Assembly: GCA_965200315.1 (NCBI GenBank)
Contig: OZ241362.1
Coordinates: forward strand, 1,088,001 to 1,152,000
Origin: Candidatus Latescibacterota bacterium
Lineage (GTDB): Bacteria > Latescibacterota > UBA2968 > UBA8231
Reading direction: 5' to 3'
Length of the DNA stretch: 64,000 nt
Below the pieces are notes generated by a model, which saw nothing but the letters and a program-made list of their open reading frames with translations, did not search any database and was not told the DNA's origin. Below, piece by piece: positions 25,472 to 35,973 of the stretch. Position numbers and translations under genes: made by a program. Each line of letters opens with the position of its first letter. The first letter of the stretch is position 1.

Positions 25472-27342
25472 TTTTCTACGACAAAGAGTACCAAGTCATC
25501 GTCGTCGGCGGCGGCCACGCCGGCACCGAGGCCGCACTCGCCGCGGCGCGCATGGGAGCCGAGACCCTGCTCCTGACCATGAACTTGGACACCATTGGCC
25601 AGCTATCCTGTAACCCGGCTATCGGCGGGATCGGCAAGGGGCACATCGTCAAGGAAATCGACGCGCTTGGCGGCCAGATGGCCGTCAACATCGACCGCAC
25701 CGGCATCCAATTCCGCCGCCTCAACACCTCGCGCGGGCCAGCCGTGCGCGCCTCGCGCGCCCAAGCCGACAAAAAGGACTACCAATTCGAGCTGAAGTAC
25801 ACCTGCGAACAGCAAGAGCATCTCGACATCCGCCAGGGCCTGATGGAGAGCTTGCTAATCGAGGATGGAGCCGTCCAAGGCGTCGGCATCAAGGGCGGCA
25901 TCGCCTACCGCGGGCGCACCGTCATCCTCACGACCGGCACCTTCCTGCGCGGCAAAATTCACGTCGGCGATTTTTCTTATAGCGCCGGGCGCACCGGCGA
26001 GACTGCCGCCGAAAAAGCCGCCGAGGGCTTGGTCGCGCTCGGCTTTGAAACCGGACGCCTCAAAACCGGCACTCCACCGCGCATCAACGGTCGCACCCTC
26101 GACTTTGCCGCGTTTGAAGAACAGCCCGGCGACGACCCACCGCGCCCCTTTTCATATTCGGTGCCCAAAATCACCCAGCCGCAAATGCCCTGTTGGATCA
26201 CCTACACCAACGCCCACACCCACGAAATCGTCCAAGAGAACCTGTCGCGCTCGGCCATGTACAGCGGGCGCATCGAGGGCATCGGCCCGCGCTATTGCCC
26301 CTCCATAGAGGACAAAATCGCACGCTTTGCCGACAAGGAGCGGCACCAAGTTTTCGTCGAGCCAGAGGGGCGGCGCACCCTCGAGTTTTATCTCAACGGC
26401 CTGTCGATGAGCCTGCCGGAAGCCCTGCAACCCCAGATCGTGCGCTCCCTGCCCGGCCTCGAACGGGCCGAGATTCTGCGCCCGGCGTACGCGGTCGAAT
26501 ACGATTACGCCCCGCCGACCCAACTCTACCCGCACCTAGAGACCAAGCGCGTGGCCAATCTCTTCTTCGCCGGCCAAATAAACGGCACCACTGGCTACGA
26601 AGAAGCTGCGGCCCAAGGGATTATGGCCGGCATCAACGCCGTGCTCAAGGCTCGCGGCGACGACCCGCTCGTGCTCACGCGCGCCGATGCGTACATCGGC
26701 GTCCTAATTGACGACCTCGTGACCAAAGGTACGCTGGAGCCGTACCGCATCTTCACCTCGCGCGCCGAGCACCGCCTGCTCTTGCGCGAGGACAATGCCG
26801 ATGACCGCCTGATGGCCAAGGGCCGGGCGCTAGGGCTGATCGACGACGACCTGTGGCACCAGTTTCAAACCAAGCAGCAACAAGTCGCCGCCGAGCGCGA
26901 ACGCCTACAGCACGAGCGCGTCAAACCGACCGAAAAGGTGCAAGAGGTCTTGGCGCGCCAAGGTACCACTCCCATCACTGAATCGACCTCGCTCGCCGAG
27001 TTGCTGCGTCGCCCCCAACTCAACTACGACCACCTCTGCGAATTCGCCCCACCACCACAGCCTCTCTCGCCAAACGCGGCCGAACACGTCGAGGCCGAGA
27101 TTAAATACGCGGGGTACATCAAGCGCCAAGAGACCCAAGCGCAAAAGCTCAAGCGCCTCGAATCCCTGCGCCTGCCAGTCGATTTTGACTTCGCCGCTTC
27201 CAGCCTGAACATTTCAACCGAGGCGCGCCAAAAGCTCGCGGCGATCCGCCCACAGACGCTAGGACAGGCGTCGCGCATTTCCGGGGTCTCACCTGCGGAC
27301 CTCGCTTCGCTCATGGTCTTCTTGCACGCCCGCTCCCAATGA
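25468..27342 (+). CDS. mnmG: tRNA U34 carboxymethylaminomethyl modification enzyme MnmG/GidA
   Basis: [39 protein letters not shown] and [17 protein letters not shown]. Confidence 0.98.
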   Translation: MIFYDKEYQVIVVGGGHAGTEAALAAARMGAETLLLTMNLDTIGQLSCNPAIGGIGKGHIVKEIDALGGQMAVNIDRTGIQFRRLNTSRGPAVRASRAQADKKDYQFELKYTCEQQEHLDIRQGLMESLLIEDGAVQGVGIKGGIAYRGRTVILTTGTFLRGKIHVGDFSYSAGRTGETAAEKAAEGLVALGFETGRLKTGTPPRINGRTLDFAAFEEQPGDDPPRPFSYSVPKITQPQMPCWITYTNAHTHEIVQENLSRSAMYSGRIEGIGPRYCPSIEDKIARFADKERHQVFVEPEGRRTLEFYLNGLSMSLPEALQPQIVRSLPGLERAEILRPAYAVEYDYAPPTQLYPHLETKRVANLFFAGQINGTTGYEEAAAQGIMAGINAVLKARGDDPLVLTRADAYIGVLIDDLVTKGTLEPYRIFTSRAEHRLLLREDNADDRLMAKGRALGLIDDDLWHQFQTKQQQVAAERERLQHERVKPTEKVQEVLARQGTTPITESTSLAELLRRPQLNYDHLCEFAPPPQPLSPNAAEHVEAEIKYAGYIKRQETQAQKLKRLESLRLPVDFDFAASSLNISTEARQKLAAIRPQTLGQASRISGVSPADLASLMVFLHARSQ

Positions 27343-27477
27343 CGATAAAACGATGAGTACATTATACAGCCCAATCGGGGCGTGTATGAGCTTGACGCTG
27401 TTTCGCACCTTTGTTAAGCTCGATTGGTTCGCTCCTGAGGCGTTCATTGTATCATTACCAACTCCACAACCGAAGGA

Positions 27478-28535
27478 GTGAATGCTATGGGCAATAGTCT
27501 AATAATTCAGCAAGTCATAGATGGACAACGAGACCTTGGATTATTGAAAGGAAACTGCCGAGAAGTTATTAAAACGATACCGGACGATAGCATTGACTGC
27601 GTAATAACGTCGCCTCCCTACTGGCAATTAAGAGAGTACGACATAAGTGAAGACACAGATCAGCTAATAGGCACAGAGAAAACTCCCGAGGAATACGTAA
27701 ATCACATTACAGAAGTTTTTAAGCAAATCAAAAGAATTCTGAAAAAGACGGGATCGGTATGGCTAAATCTCGGAGACAAATACCACAATAAAAATCTAAT
27801 GGGGATGCCTTGGCGCGTTGCTCTGGCTATGCAGGACGATGGTTGGATTTTGCGAAACGATGTAATTTGGTCGCAAATGAAGGGGACGCAAAGTGCTAAA
27901 GACAGATTGCGGGATATGTACGAACATATTTTCCACTTTGTAAAAAACAAGAAATACTACTACGACGCAGATAGCATAAGAATTAAACCTACGAAACTCC
28001 CTAAAGTAACAGGTAACGAGACTATATCAGCGACTGGTGTGAGTGGCAAAAAATACCGTCAGCAAATTATCGACTCGGATGCCTTAACTCAAAGCGAAAA
28101 AACGCCGCCATAAAAGCACTCGACGAGACGCTAGGAAGAATTCGCTCCGGCGAACTCGTCGATTTCAGAATGACAATTCGAGGAACGCAACGCACGTACC
28201 ACAGCAACAACGGTAAAGTGAGTGGACGAGCGAAAGAACTGGAGAATAAAGGGTATTTTATTTTAACGAGTAAATCCAAGGGATACATTCCATCCGATAT
28301 ATGGAATATAGTGCCAGAGGATGAGTGGAGGAAAGATGCCCATTACGCCGTGTTTCCCATTGAATTATTGCAAATTCCGATCAAAGCTACCAGTCGCAAA
28401 AAAGGTATAGTTCTCGATCCATTTATGGGAACTGGCAGTACCCTAGTCGCCGCTAATCAAATTGAATTGAGTGACGACTACATAAAGGTCGCTAATCAAA
28501 GATTAGAAAAAATCCAGTTGAGTTTCAGAATGTAG
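27478..28535 (+). pseudogene. Beta-class N4-cytosine DNA methyltransferase, frameshifted
   Basis: TSPPY in ORF 27478-28113; HYAVFP and VLDPFMGTGST in 28170-28535; one extra A in the A6 run at 28097-28102 restores EKNAAIKALDETLGRIRSG...FRMTIRG. Confidence 0.85.
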
Positions 28536-29390
28536 GTTCAACCTAGAACTTATATTTCTTTTGAATTCACCGACGGTTGGAAATTTATCCTTGGTGGCTC
28601 CCCCTAGAATTTTTCGTATTCCTTCAGTATTAGTTCCCATCCTCTTATCAAAAACCAATTTCCATGTAGAGCTATTTTCTCGCCAAATCATTTTGAACGT
28701 ACAGAAGTGAACAGAATAATCGTCAGTTGCTTCGTGTAAATCACTAGCATCAGTGGTACTTACTATATAATCGAGACCTACATCTTGTAGTACGAATACT
28801 ATTTTCTTAACCCAAGATTCTACCACCATCCCCTTTTTATAGATCTGTTGCATCATCGTCTTCGTAAACTCATTCGCCCAATTTATACCGTATCCATAGG
28901 TTTTCTTTGTAAATCCTTCTGTCCTCTGAAAGTCTAAAAATGCTTCCCAAGGCGTTCCCGTGGTGCCGGCTGCTTGAAATTCAACGCAAACAAAATCCTC
29001 GATTCCTTCATCGCTAACTTTTGCCGCGACAAAGTCGATACTACCTGCCACACCACATGACACTTCTGATGTCCATAGTATTTTGCTCTCTGATATCTGG
29101 CCTTCAAAATACAATTTTTCAATAGTTTCATAGATGATCTCCTCTAGCCGATGAGGACAAATGATAATAGGGGAAGTCTTTTCTAGAAATGTCCCCTTAT
29201 AGCCCACTGAACAAACACCTATTTTAATTTCTGGTTGACTCTTTCGCGGCTTTTTACATTCGCCGTCAAGAAACGGACAGAACTGTTCTTGCCGTGCCGC
29301 TTGAGCACTTGAAGAAACATCTACAAAAGAGTAGCCGAATATCTCTGTTGGATGATTGGTAATTTTTGGTTCTTGCACAGTATATTTCAC
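28503..29390 (-). CDS. NotI-family restriction endonuclease
   Basis: Four-Cys N-domain CPF..ECKK..GVCSV..ICPHR; IDFV..CVEFQAAGTTG; GINW; convergent with the MTase; AT-rich. Confidence 0.8.
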   Translation of the reverse strand: MKYTVQEPKITNHPTEIFGYSFVDVSSSAQAARQEQFCPFLDGECKKPRKSQPEIKIGVCSVGYKGTFLEKTSPIIICPHRLEEIIYETIEKLYFEGQISESKILWTSEVSCGVAGSIDFVAAKVSDEGIEDFVCVEFQAAGTTGTPWEAFLDFQRTEGFTKKTYGYGINWANEFTKTMMQQIYKKGMVVESWVKKIVFVLQDVGLDYIVSTTDASDLHEATDDYSVHFCTFKMIWRENSSTWKLVFDKRMGTNTEGIRKILGGATKDKFPTVGEFKRNISSRLNLHSETQLDFF

Positions 29391-29417
29391 CGAATTAAGG
29401 TGTCCGGGTTGCTATAT

Positions 29418-29457
29418 AAAAAACGCCCCTGCACGGCAACAGCAGTGCAAGAGCGTC
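29418..29457 (-). terminator. Rho-independent terminator
   Basis: Minus strand acgctcttgcac-loop-gtgcaggggcgt followed by a T-run. Confidence 0.7.
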
Positions 29458-29483
29458 CAAGCGCGGCGCGGCGAAAGCAACTT

Positions 29484-30176
29484 TTAGCTTTCAGATTCTA
29501 GCTCGCTGATGCGGTCGCGGACCTGGGCCGCCTGCTCGTAGGCCTCTTGGGCGATGAGCCAGTCCAAGTGCGCCTTGAGCTGTTCCAATCGGCTTATCGG
29601 CTCGCCCGTCTCCGGATCCACGAACGCCTCCGACTTCTTCGCGACTTGCTCGCGCTCGGCCTCTTCGTCCTCTACCGGCACATCCGGTGGCACAGCGGCT
29701 TGTTCGTCCTCGACCGCTGTGCGCTCGTCGGAGTGTTCCAGCGGCTGGCCGGCCGCCTCCATGACCTCTGGGGTCAAAAAGAGCGGCACACCCAAGAGCG
29801 TGGCCACAATCATGCCATCGCTGGGACGACAGTCGAGGTAGAAGGACTGGCCCTGAGCTTGGACCAGCAGGTACGCGTGGAAAACATCCTCTTTGAGCGT
29901 GTGAACCACCAGCTTGTGGACCACGGCGTCGATTCGCTTGAGCAGGTTGCACAACAGGTCGTGCGGCAGGGGCCGCGGCAAGGAGATTTTGCGGAGCGCC
30001 ATGGCGAGAGCTTGGCCCTCAAAGTGGCCGATCGTGATGGGCACCACGATGTTTTCCGTACCCTTGAGCAACACCAAGAATTTCTGCGGCATGCCCAAGC
30101 CCTGTTCCGAGTCTGGGTAGGGGTACATGTCGAAAATGTACACTGGAATTAAATGGCTTCCTTCGTCTTTCATCAC
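29484..30176 (-). CDS. Bifunctional nuclease (DUF151) with C-terminal UVR domain
   Basis: PITIGHFEGQA, RPLPHDL and DCRPSDG; EAYEQAAQVRDRI. Confidence 0.92.
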   Translation of the reverse strand: MMKDEGSHLIPVYIFDMYPYPDSEQGLGMPQKFLVLLKGTENIVVPITIGHFEGQALAMALRKISLPRPLPHDLLCNLLKRIDAVVHKLVVHTLKEDVFHAYLLVQAQGQSFYLDCRPSDGMIVATLLGVPLFLTPEVMEAAGQPLEHSDERTAVEDEQAAVPPDVPVEDEEAEREQVAKKSEAFVDPETGEPISRLEQLKAHLDWLIAQEAYEQAAQVRDRISELESES

Positions 30177-30253
30177 TTAGCGAACCCTTGCCTTATATAA
30201 ATTGCTGTATTTGTTCAGTAATATAGGCTTTTGCCGAGCAAATACAATTTTCT

Positions 30254-30973
30254 TTAAATCAAGCCGCGCTCCTTCAAGCTGAGAAAATCGTCGCTGCCGA
30301 TGATGAGGTGGTCTAGCACGTCAATGCCCATGATTTCGCCGGCCTGCACTAAGCGCCGCGTCAGGTTGATGTCGTCTTGGCTGGGCGACACGTCACCAGA
30401 GGGGTGATTGTGTGCCAAGATCACGCTGGCCGCAGCCTGCGCTACAGCCGTGCGAAAGACCTCGCGCGGATGCACGATGGCCGAAGATAGACTGCCGATG
30501 GACACGATTTCCTTGTGGATCACCTGATTGCGGGCGTTGAGATACAGGCAGAGAAAGTGCTCGCGCTGCTGATCCTTGATGTCGGACAGCATGGACAGCG
30601 CGTCGCCAGGCGCACTAATCACCGGCCGCACCCCCAAGCCCTTGTGCAATCCGCGGCGCGCCAATTCAAACGCCGCGACCAAAACCCCGGCCTTGGCCTT
30701 GCCCAGCCCTTTGATCCGGCTCAATTCCCCCAAATCCATATCTACCAGTGATTCCTTGGGGTAATCGGCGAGGATGCCCTCGGCCAAGTCCAGCACGTGC
30801 CGACCGCGATACCCCGTCCCCAAGGCTATGGCCAACAATTCTTGGTCTTTGAGCGCCTGCGGCCCCAAGCGCGCGAGCCGCTCCCTTGGCAGTTCGTCGC
30901 GGTGGACAGGCGGGCCCTCGCCCACTGTGCGGGTGGCAAAGTTGTAGTCAATGGGCTGAATTTGCGTTGGCAC
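30254..30973 (-). CDS. radC: RadC family JAB-domain protein
   Basis: PRERL...ELLAI, VHPREVF, AHNHPSG and VLDHLII; GTG start with RBS aaggagg. Confidence 0.95.
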   Translation of the reverse strand: MPTQIQPIDYNFATRTVGEGPPVHRDELPRERLARLGPQALKDQELLAIALGTGYRGRHVLDLAEGILADYPKESLVDMDLGELSRIKGLGKAKAGVLVAAFELARRGLHKGLGVRPVISAPGDALSMLSDIKDQQREHFLCLYLNARNQVIHKEIVSIGSLSSAIVHPREVFRTAVAQAAASVILAHNHPSGDVSPSQDDINLTRRLVQAGEIMGIDVLDHLIIGSDDFLSLKERGLI

Positions 30974-31071
30974 GGTGCGTTCCTCCTTAGGCAAAGCTGT
31001 AGCAAAAAAACCACGCGAATGTAGCACCTAGCCCCCACAAGCCGCTCGGCACTAGACGCAATCAACATACA

Positions 31072-31087
31072 AGCACAATCTGTGCCA
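31072..31087 (-). promoter_or_regulatory. Putative sigma54 (-24/-12) promoter of radC
   Basis: Minus strand TGGCACAGATTGTGCT = GG-N10-GC. Confidence 0.5.
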
Positions 31088-31143
31088 GCCTTGCTCCACC
31101 CCAGCCCCCCTCCTATATTTTTGTGCATTACCCTCCACTGCCG

Positions 31144-33576
31144 ATGTCTAACCCTCGCTTCGTCTTGGCCCTAACCCCGCTTTCCCGCCTGCTGCTGGCC
31201 GCACTGAGTGGGGTCTTGCTCTCGCTGGCTTTTCCCAGTCACCCAGATCACCCGCTCGCCTTTCTCTATCATCCGCTCTGGGCCCATTGTGCGCTGGTGC
31301 CTTTGCTGCTGGTGCTGAAAGATCGCGGCTTCAAAGCCGGCTTTGCCGCGGGCTGGATCAGCGGCTTGGTTTGGAACCTACTATCCCTGTACTGGGTCGC
31401 CTATACCCAAGGCGGGGGGCTTGCCGTCGTCGGGGGCACCGGGCTGATGGCCGCTTATTTGGGCCTTTTTACCGGCCTCTGCACTGGGCTGTTCAACGCG
31501 CTCGCCGCGCGGTGGGGTGCAAAGGCGCTCGCGCTGCTGCCTTTGTTGTGGACCGGGCAGGAATATCTGCTCTCGCTCGGGGAGTTGGGATTTCCTTGGC
31601 TCCTATTGGGGCACAGCCAAGCGGCCCTGCCACACTTCATCCAGTACGCCACTTGGACCGGCGTCTTTGGCGTCTCCTGCTGGGTCGTCGGCCTCAACGC
31701 GCTGTTTTACTTGGCGCTCGTCGAGCGGCGCGTTTTTCTCGTGGGTGTTGCCTTGAGCTATCTCTTGCCTTGGGTTCACGCTCAGAGCGCGATGGCGACC
31801 ACCGTCCCGGACGAGAGCCTGCGCATCGGCCTGATCCAGCCGAACACTACATACGCCGACAAGTGGGGTCCCAACGGACTGGAGCGCACTTTCTCAGCTC
31901 TAGCCACACTCTCGCGCCAAGCGGCCAAGCGCGATCCCGAGCTGCTAGTCTGGCCCGAGACTGCCGTGCCGTGCGATCCTGTGCGCCGGGCTGGTTGCCG
32001 AGCCCGCGTCCAAGCACTCGTCGAGGAGCTGGACATCCCCTTGCTGACCGGCGCGCCGCACACCAACTACAACGCGGCCTTCTTCGTCCAGCCCGGAGCC
32101 GTAACTCTGCCCTCATACGCCAAGATGCACTTAGTGCCCTTTGGCGAGCGGACGCCTTACCGAGACGCCATCCCCCTGCTGCGCGACATCGACTGGACCC
32201 GCCTGACCGGTGACCTCGGCCCGGCCGAATTCGCGCGCGGCACAGAGCACGCGGTTTTTGCTCATCCCCGGCACCCCTTTGCCGTGCTCATCTGCTTTGA
32301 GTCCATCTTTCCCGATCTGGTGCGCCAGCACGTGGCGGCCGGAGCGCACCTGCTGGTCAACATCACCAATGACTCGTGGTTTGGCCGCAGCGCAGGGCCC
32401 TATCAGCACGCGCTCATCAACGCCATGCGCGCCGTTGAAAACCGCACGGCCATCGCCCGCGCCGCCACCACCGGCATCTCCCTGTTCATCGACCCGTTTG
32501 GCCGCACCTACGAAGCGACCGACCTTTTCACGCCTGCGGTCGCGGTCGCCACCGTGCCAGTCGGCCAACCCGCGACCTTTTACACTCGGCACGGCAACAT
32601 CTTCGCCTACGGCTGCCTGCTAGTCGTCCTAGGCGCTTTCGTCTCCCGCTTTCGCAAGCCGCGATCCACCCGCGAGACAGTAGAAACCAACCATGAACCG
32701 GAAGCTGATCACGACCCAGCAGCCCCCTACGACTCAGACTCGCCCCGAGAAGTCAACATGCCCTTTCTCGACCACCTCGAAGAACTCCGCTGGCGCATTC
32801 TCAAAGCCCTAGCCGCGCTCGTCGTGGGCGCGGCAATTTGCTTCGCCTTCTCCGATTCGATTATGCAGATCTTGACCCAGCCATACGAAGAGGCCGTCTT
32901 CAGCTTGGAGAGCGAGCAATCCTCGAGCGTGGTACGGGCGGTCAAAAAGCTGGTGAGCCAGTGGTTGGGCCAGCCCGATGCTGCACCGGCACCGGACGCG
33001 CCCACAGCCGACTTGCCCCCAGCGCGCCGACTACAAGCCCTCCGACCCATGACCTACTTCTTCATCAGCCTGCAAATCGCCTTTGTCGGCGGGCTACTGT
33101 TGGCGCTGCCGGTCATCTTCTACCAAGCTTGGTGCTTTGTTGCCCCGGGGCTTTTACAGCGCGAGAAACGGCTCACGCTGCCCATTATCTCGCTGAGCGT
33201 CCTCTGCTTCTCGGTCGGCGCACTGATCGCCTATTACATCGTCCTCCCGCTCGGGCTGCGCTTTTTCCTCGCGCTAGAGCCGCCCGACATGACCTCGCAA
33301 TGGGCGGCCGACGAGTACATCGGCTTTGTGCTGCGGCTGATCGCCGGCTTTGGCATCGTCTTTGAGATGCCGGTGCTGTCGCTCTTTTTGGCCAAGGTCG
33401 GAGTGCTGACCGCCGCGCGGATGCGCCATATCCGCCGCTACGCCATCATCGGAATCTTCGTCCTCGGCGCGATCTTCACGCCGCCCGATCCGGTCTCCCA
33501 ACTCCTGATGGCCCTGCCCTTGCTCCTGCTCTACGAAATCAGCATCTGGGTCTGCAAAATCGCCGAGCGCAAATAG
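31144..33576 (+). CDS. lnt-tatC: Apolipoprotein N-acyltransferase Lnt fused in frame to Tat translocase TatC
   Basis: Lnt motifs GFPW, WPETA, KMHLVPFGE, ICFE, NITNDSWF and RAVEN; TatC motifs MPFLDHLEELR, APGL, FEMP and TPPDPVSQ; no stop codon between them. Confidence 0.9.
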   Translation: MSNPRFVLALTPLSRLLLAALSGVLLSLAFPSHPDHPLAFLYHPLWAHCALVPLLLVLKDRGFKAGFAAGWISGLVWNLLSLYWVAYTQGGGLAVVGGTGLMAAYLGLFTGLCTGLFNALAARWGAKALALLPLLWTGQEYLLSLGELGFPWLLLGHSQAALPHFIQYATWTGVFGVSCWVVGLNALFYLALVERRVFLVGVALSYLLPWVHAQSAMATTVPDESLRIGLIQPNTTYADKWGPNGLERTFSALATLSRQAAKRDPELLVWPETAVPCDPVRRAGCRARVQALVEELDIPLLTGAPHTNYNAAFFVQPGAVTLPSYAKMHLVPFGERTPYRDAIPLLRDIDWTRLTGDLGPAEFARGTEHAVFAHPRHPFAVLICFESIFPDLVRQHVAAGAHLLVNITNDSWFGRSAGPYQHALINAMRAVENRTAIARAATTGISLFIDPFGRTYEATDLFTPAVAVATVPVGQPATFYTRHGNIFAYGCLLVVLGAFVSRFRKPRSTRETVETNHEPEADHDPAAPYDSDSPREVNMPFLDHLEELRWRILKALAALVVGAAICFAFSDSIMQILTQPYEEAVFSLESEQSSSVVRAVKKLVSQWLGQPDAAPAPDAPTADLPPARRLQALRPMTYFFISLQIAFVGGLLLALPVIFYQAWCFVAPGLLQREKRLTLPIISLSVLCFSVGALIAYYIVLPLGLRFFLALEPPDMTSQWAADEYIGFVLRLIAGFGIVFEMPVLSLFLAKVGVLTAARMRHIRRYAIIGIFVLGAIFTPPDPVSQLLMALPLLLLYEISIWVCKIAERK

Positions 33577-33749
33577 ACTGTATTCCTCCGCCGCGGCGAG
33601 CGGCTGCCATCCAAAACGCGATCCGTATCTGAATAAGACCTGACCTGTGGACGGGATTTCCAAACTGGGCATATAGCCGCAAACTCAACTATATTTATGC
33701 CCTCGAAATGGCCAAATTCCAATCTACAAACCACCCGAAAGGATTTTTC

Positions 33750-34766
33750 ATGGATGCCAAAGCACTCATCTGCGACGAGCAGCAAAACTTCGCGTTGACT
33801 GAGGTCGTACTGAACGATCCCGCCCCGGACCAAGTCGCGATCCGCACTCATTTCACTGGGGTCAGTATCGGCACTGAGTTCGGACTGATCAGCGGCAAGA
33901 TCAGCAAGATGGACCGCCACCCCTTTCCGCTGTGTACCGGCTATCAAGGCACGGGTACAATAGAAGCCGTCGGGGCCGATATCGACAATTTTGCGGTCGG
34001 CGACGAGGTGTACTTTCGCGGCAATGACGCGATGCGGCTGGCCGACGGAACGGAGGTTGGGTGCGTTTCCGGCGGGCATTGCAGCCGCGTCGTGACCCAG
34101 CCCAATACCACGCATGGCGTGGCCAAGATGGTGCCCGGAGCGGGGATGGATGTGGCGAGTTTGTTTGTGATGCCGGCCGTGGGGCTCTATGGAGTCGATA
34201 TGGCCAATCCGCGGATGGGAGATACGGTAGTGGTACACGGGGTGGGGATGATTGGCTTAGGGGTGGTGGCGGCTTGCGCACAGCGGGGGTGCATAGTGGT
34301 GGCGGTGGATATTGACGAAAAACCACTAGCGGTCGCCAAGGCGCTGGGCGCGGATTGTGCAATCAATGGCAAAAAGCAGGACGTAGCTGCTGTAGTAAGG
34401 GAGCTCGCGCCCGAAGGTGCCGATGTGGTATTCGAGTGCACCGGACATCCGCAGTGCATCGATTCGGCGATTGCCCTCTGTCGGCGGTTTGGGTCTTTCG
34501 TCTGGCAGGGCCACTACGGGGACGAGCCGGTCTCTCTGGACTTTCCTGTGCCGCACGGCAAACGGCTACAGATGTTCTTTCCCTGCGACGATGGCTGGCA
34601 GCCCTGCCGCCGCGCTGTGATCAAGAACATGGCGATGGAAGTGCTCAAGTGGGAACACTGCATTACCCATCGGATAGGGTGCGCCGAGATGCCAGCGATG
34701 TACGAGCGCATTAAGCAGGAGCGGGATGGGGATATCGTCGGGGTGGTCGTCGATTGGCGGGATTGA
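33750..34766 (+). CDS. Zinc-binding dehydrogenase (MDR) family protein
   Basis: SIGTE, GYQGTG, GVGMIGLG and DVVFECTG. Confidence 0.9.
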   Translation: MDAKALICDEQQNFALTEVVLNDPAPDQVAIRTHFTGVSIGTEFGLISGKISKMDRHPFPLCTGYQGTGTIEAVGADIDNFAVGDEVYFRGNDAMRLADGTEVGCVSGGHCSRVVTQPNTTHGVAKMVPGAGMDVASLFVMPAVGLYGVDMANPRMGDTVVVHGVGMIGLGVVAACAQRGCIVVAVDIDEKPLAVAKALGADCAINGKKQDVAAVVRELAPEGADVVFECTGHPQCIDSAIALCRRFGSFVWQGHYGDEPVSLDFPVPHGKRLQMFFPCDDGWQPCRRAVIKNMAMEVLKWEHCITHRIGCAEMPAMYERIKQERDGDIVGVVVDWRD

Positions 34767-34816
34767 GGCCGCTTGCAACACCGACACGGCATTCTAGCAA
34801 GGAGAAGAGAGCAGCA

Positions 34817-35027
34817 ATGCTGGGTAGGTTGGTTGTCGCCGGGTTGTTCGCATTCCTCCTGACTGGAGATGCGGATGCAGGTGCTACCGGACGGCGTACT
34901 TTTGGCAACCGGCGAGATCGACAGTAGCACGGTAGAAGTGGGTGCTTTTGTCGTGGTCGTCTATGAACGGAAAGAGCAGCCGCAGCCTTCGGGGGCTTGG
35001 GCACGACGGGATACGGCGAGCGGCTAA
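34817..35027 (+). pseudogene. Frameshifted remnant of an exported protein
   Basis: RBS plus signal-like MLGRLVVAGLFAFLL; continues in a shifted frame DGVLLATGEIDSSTVEVGAFVVVVYERKE...*. Confidence 0.35.
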
Positions 35028-35175
35028 TTAATCAGAATGGTCAATGGCAATCAACCTCCACAGTCGATCCGGGTGGACAAAATAGCATTGATCCGACGCG
35101 CCCTTTGTTCGCCATATCTACGGCGAGTGCATATATTCGCTACCTGCGATTTCACCCCCCTTGAGGAGCCAGATC

Positions 35176-35973
35176 ATGCGCCAAAAATCGACCCGTATCG
35201 GCCTAATCGGCTATGGCCAGATCGGCCAAGCGGTCCACAAGATGATAGACGCTGACGCCGACAACGGCATGGAGGTCGTCTTCGTCCACGACCAAATGGC
35301 CGCGGCCGTCCAAAACCTCCCCGCCGACCTCTGCCTAGCGGATTTGAGCGACTTCGAATCGCGGCAGCCCGACCTCGTCGTCGAGATGGCCCACCCGGAC
35401 GTCACCCGCCAGTGGGGACAGACGATCCTCGAAAAAACCAACTACATGTTCATCTCAGTGACCGCCCTCGCCGACCGAGCCGTCGAAGCCACCCTTGAGG
35501 AGACGACCCGCCGCGCTGGCACCCGCGCCTTCGTCCCGCACGGAGGCGTGGTCGGCATGGACGCGCTGTTGGAAAACCGCGACGTATGGGAGTCGGTCGA
35601 TGTGGTGATGAAGAAGCCCCCGCACAACGTCGATTGCGCGGCCGCCGGCCTCGATCCCGACGACATCAAGGAAGAAACGGTCCTCTACGACGGCCCGACA
35701 CGCGGCATCTGCCCGCTCTTCCCGCGCAACGTCAACACGCACGCGGCCATCGCGTACGCCGGCATAGGCTTCGACCGCACGCACTCGCTGCTGCTCGTAA
35801 GCCCAAAGTGGAGCGAAGCCGTCGTCGAAATCCACGCCCAAGGCCCAGGCCTCGACCTCAAGGTCGCGCGCAGCGAGGGGATCACCGGCGTCACCGGGGC
35901 CTCGACGCCAGCTTCCATCTACAACACCGTGCAGATGATCGGCGCGACCGGCCCGGGCATCCACATCCGATGA
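35176..35973 (+). CDS. Aspartate dehydrogenase-like (NadX/DUF108) protein
   Basis: IGLIGYGQIG, DLVVEMAH, GGVVGMD and FPRNVN. Confidence 0.85.
   Translation: MRQKSTRIGLIGYGQIGQAVHKMIDADADNGMEVVFVHDQMAAAVQNLPADLCLADLSDFESRQPDLVVEMAHPDVTRQWGQTILEKTNYMFISVTALADRAVEATLEETTRRAGTRAFVPHGGVVGMDALLENRDVWESVDVVMKKPPHNVDCAAAGLDPDDIKEETVLYDGPTRGICPLFPRNVNTHAAIAYAGIGFDRTHSLLLVSPKWSEAVVEIHAQGPGLDLKVARSEGITGVTGASTPASIYNTVQMIGATGPGIHIR

Noticed and set aside
20620-29420. Integron cassette array explaining the AT-rich inserts
   Set aside because: No attC-like RYYYAAC...GTTRRRY structures or integrase seen.
30205-30218. CTGTATTTGTTCAG as an SOS box near radC/DUF151
   Set aside because: The spacing does not fit CTGT-N8-ACAG or other LexA motifs I know.
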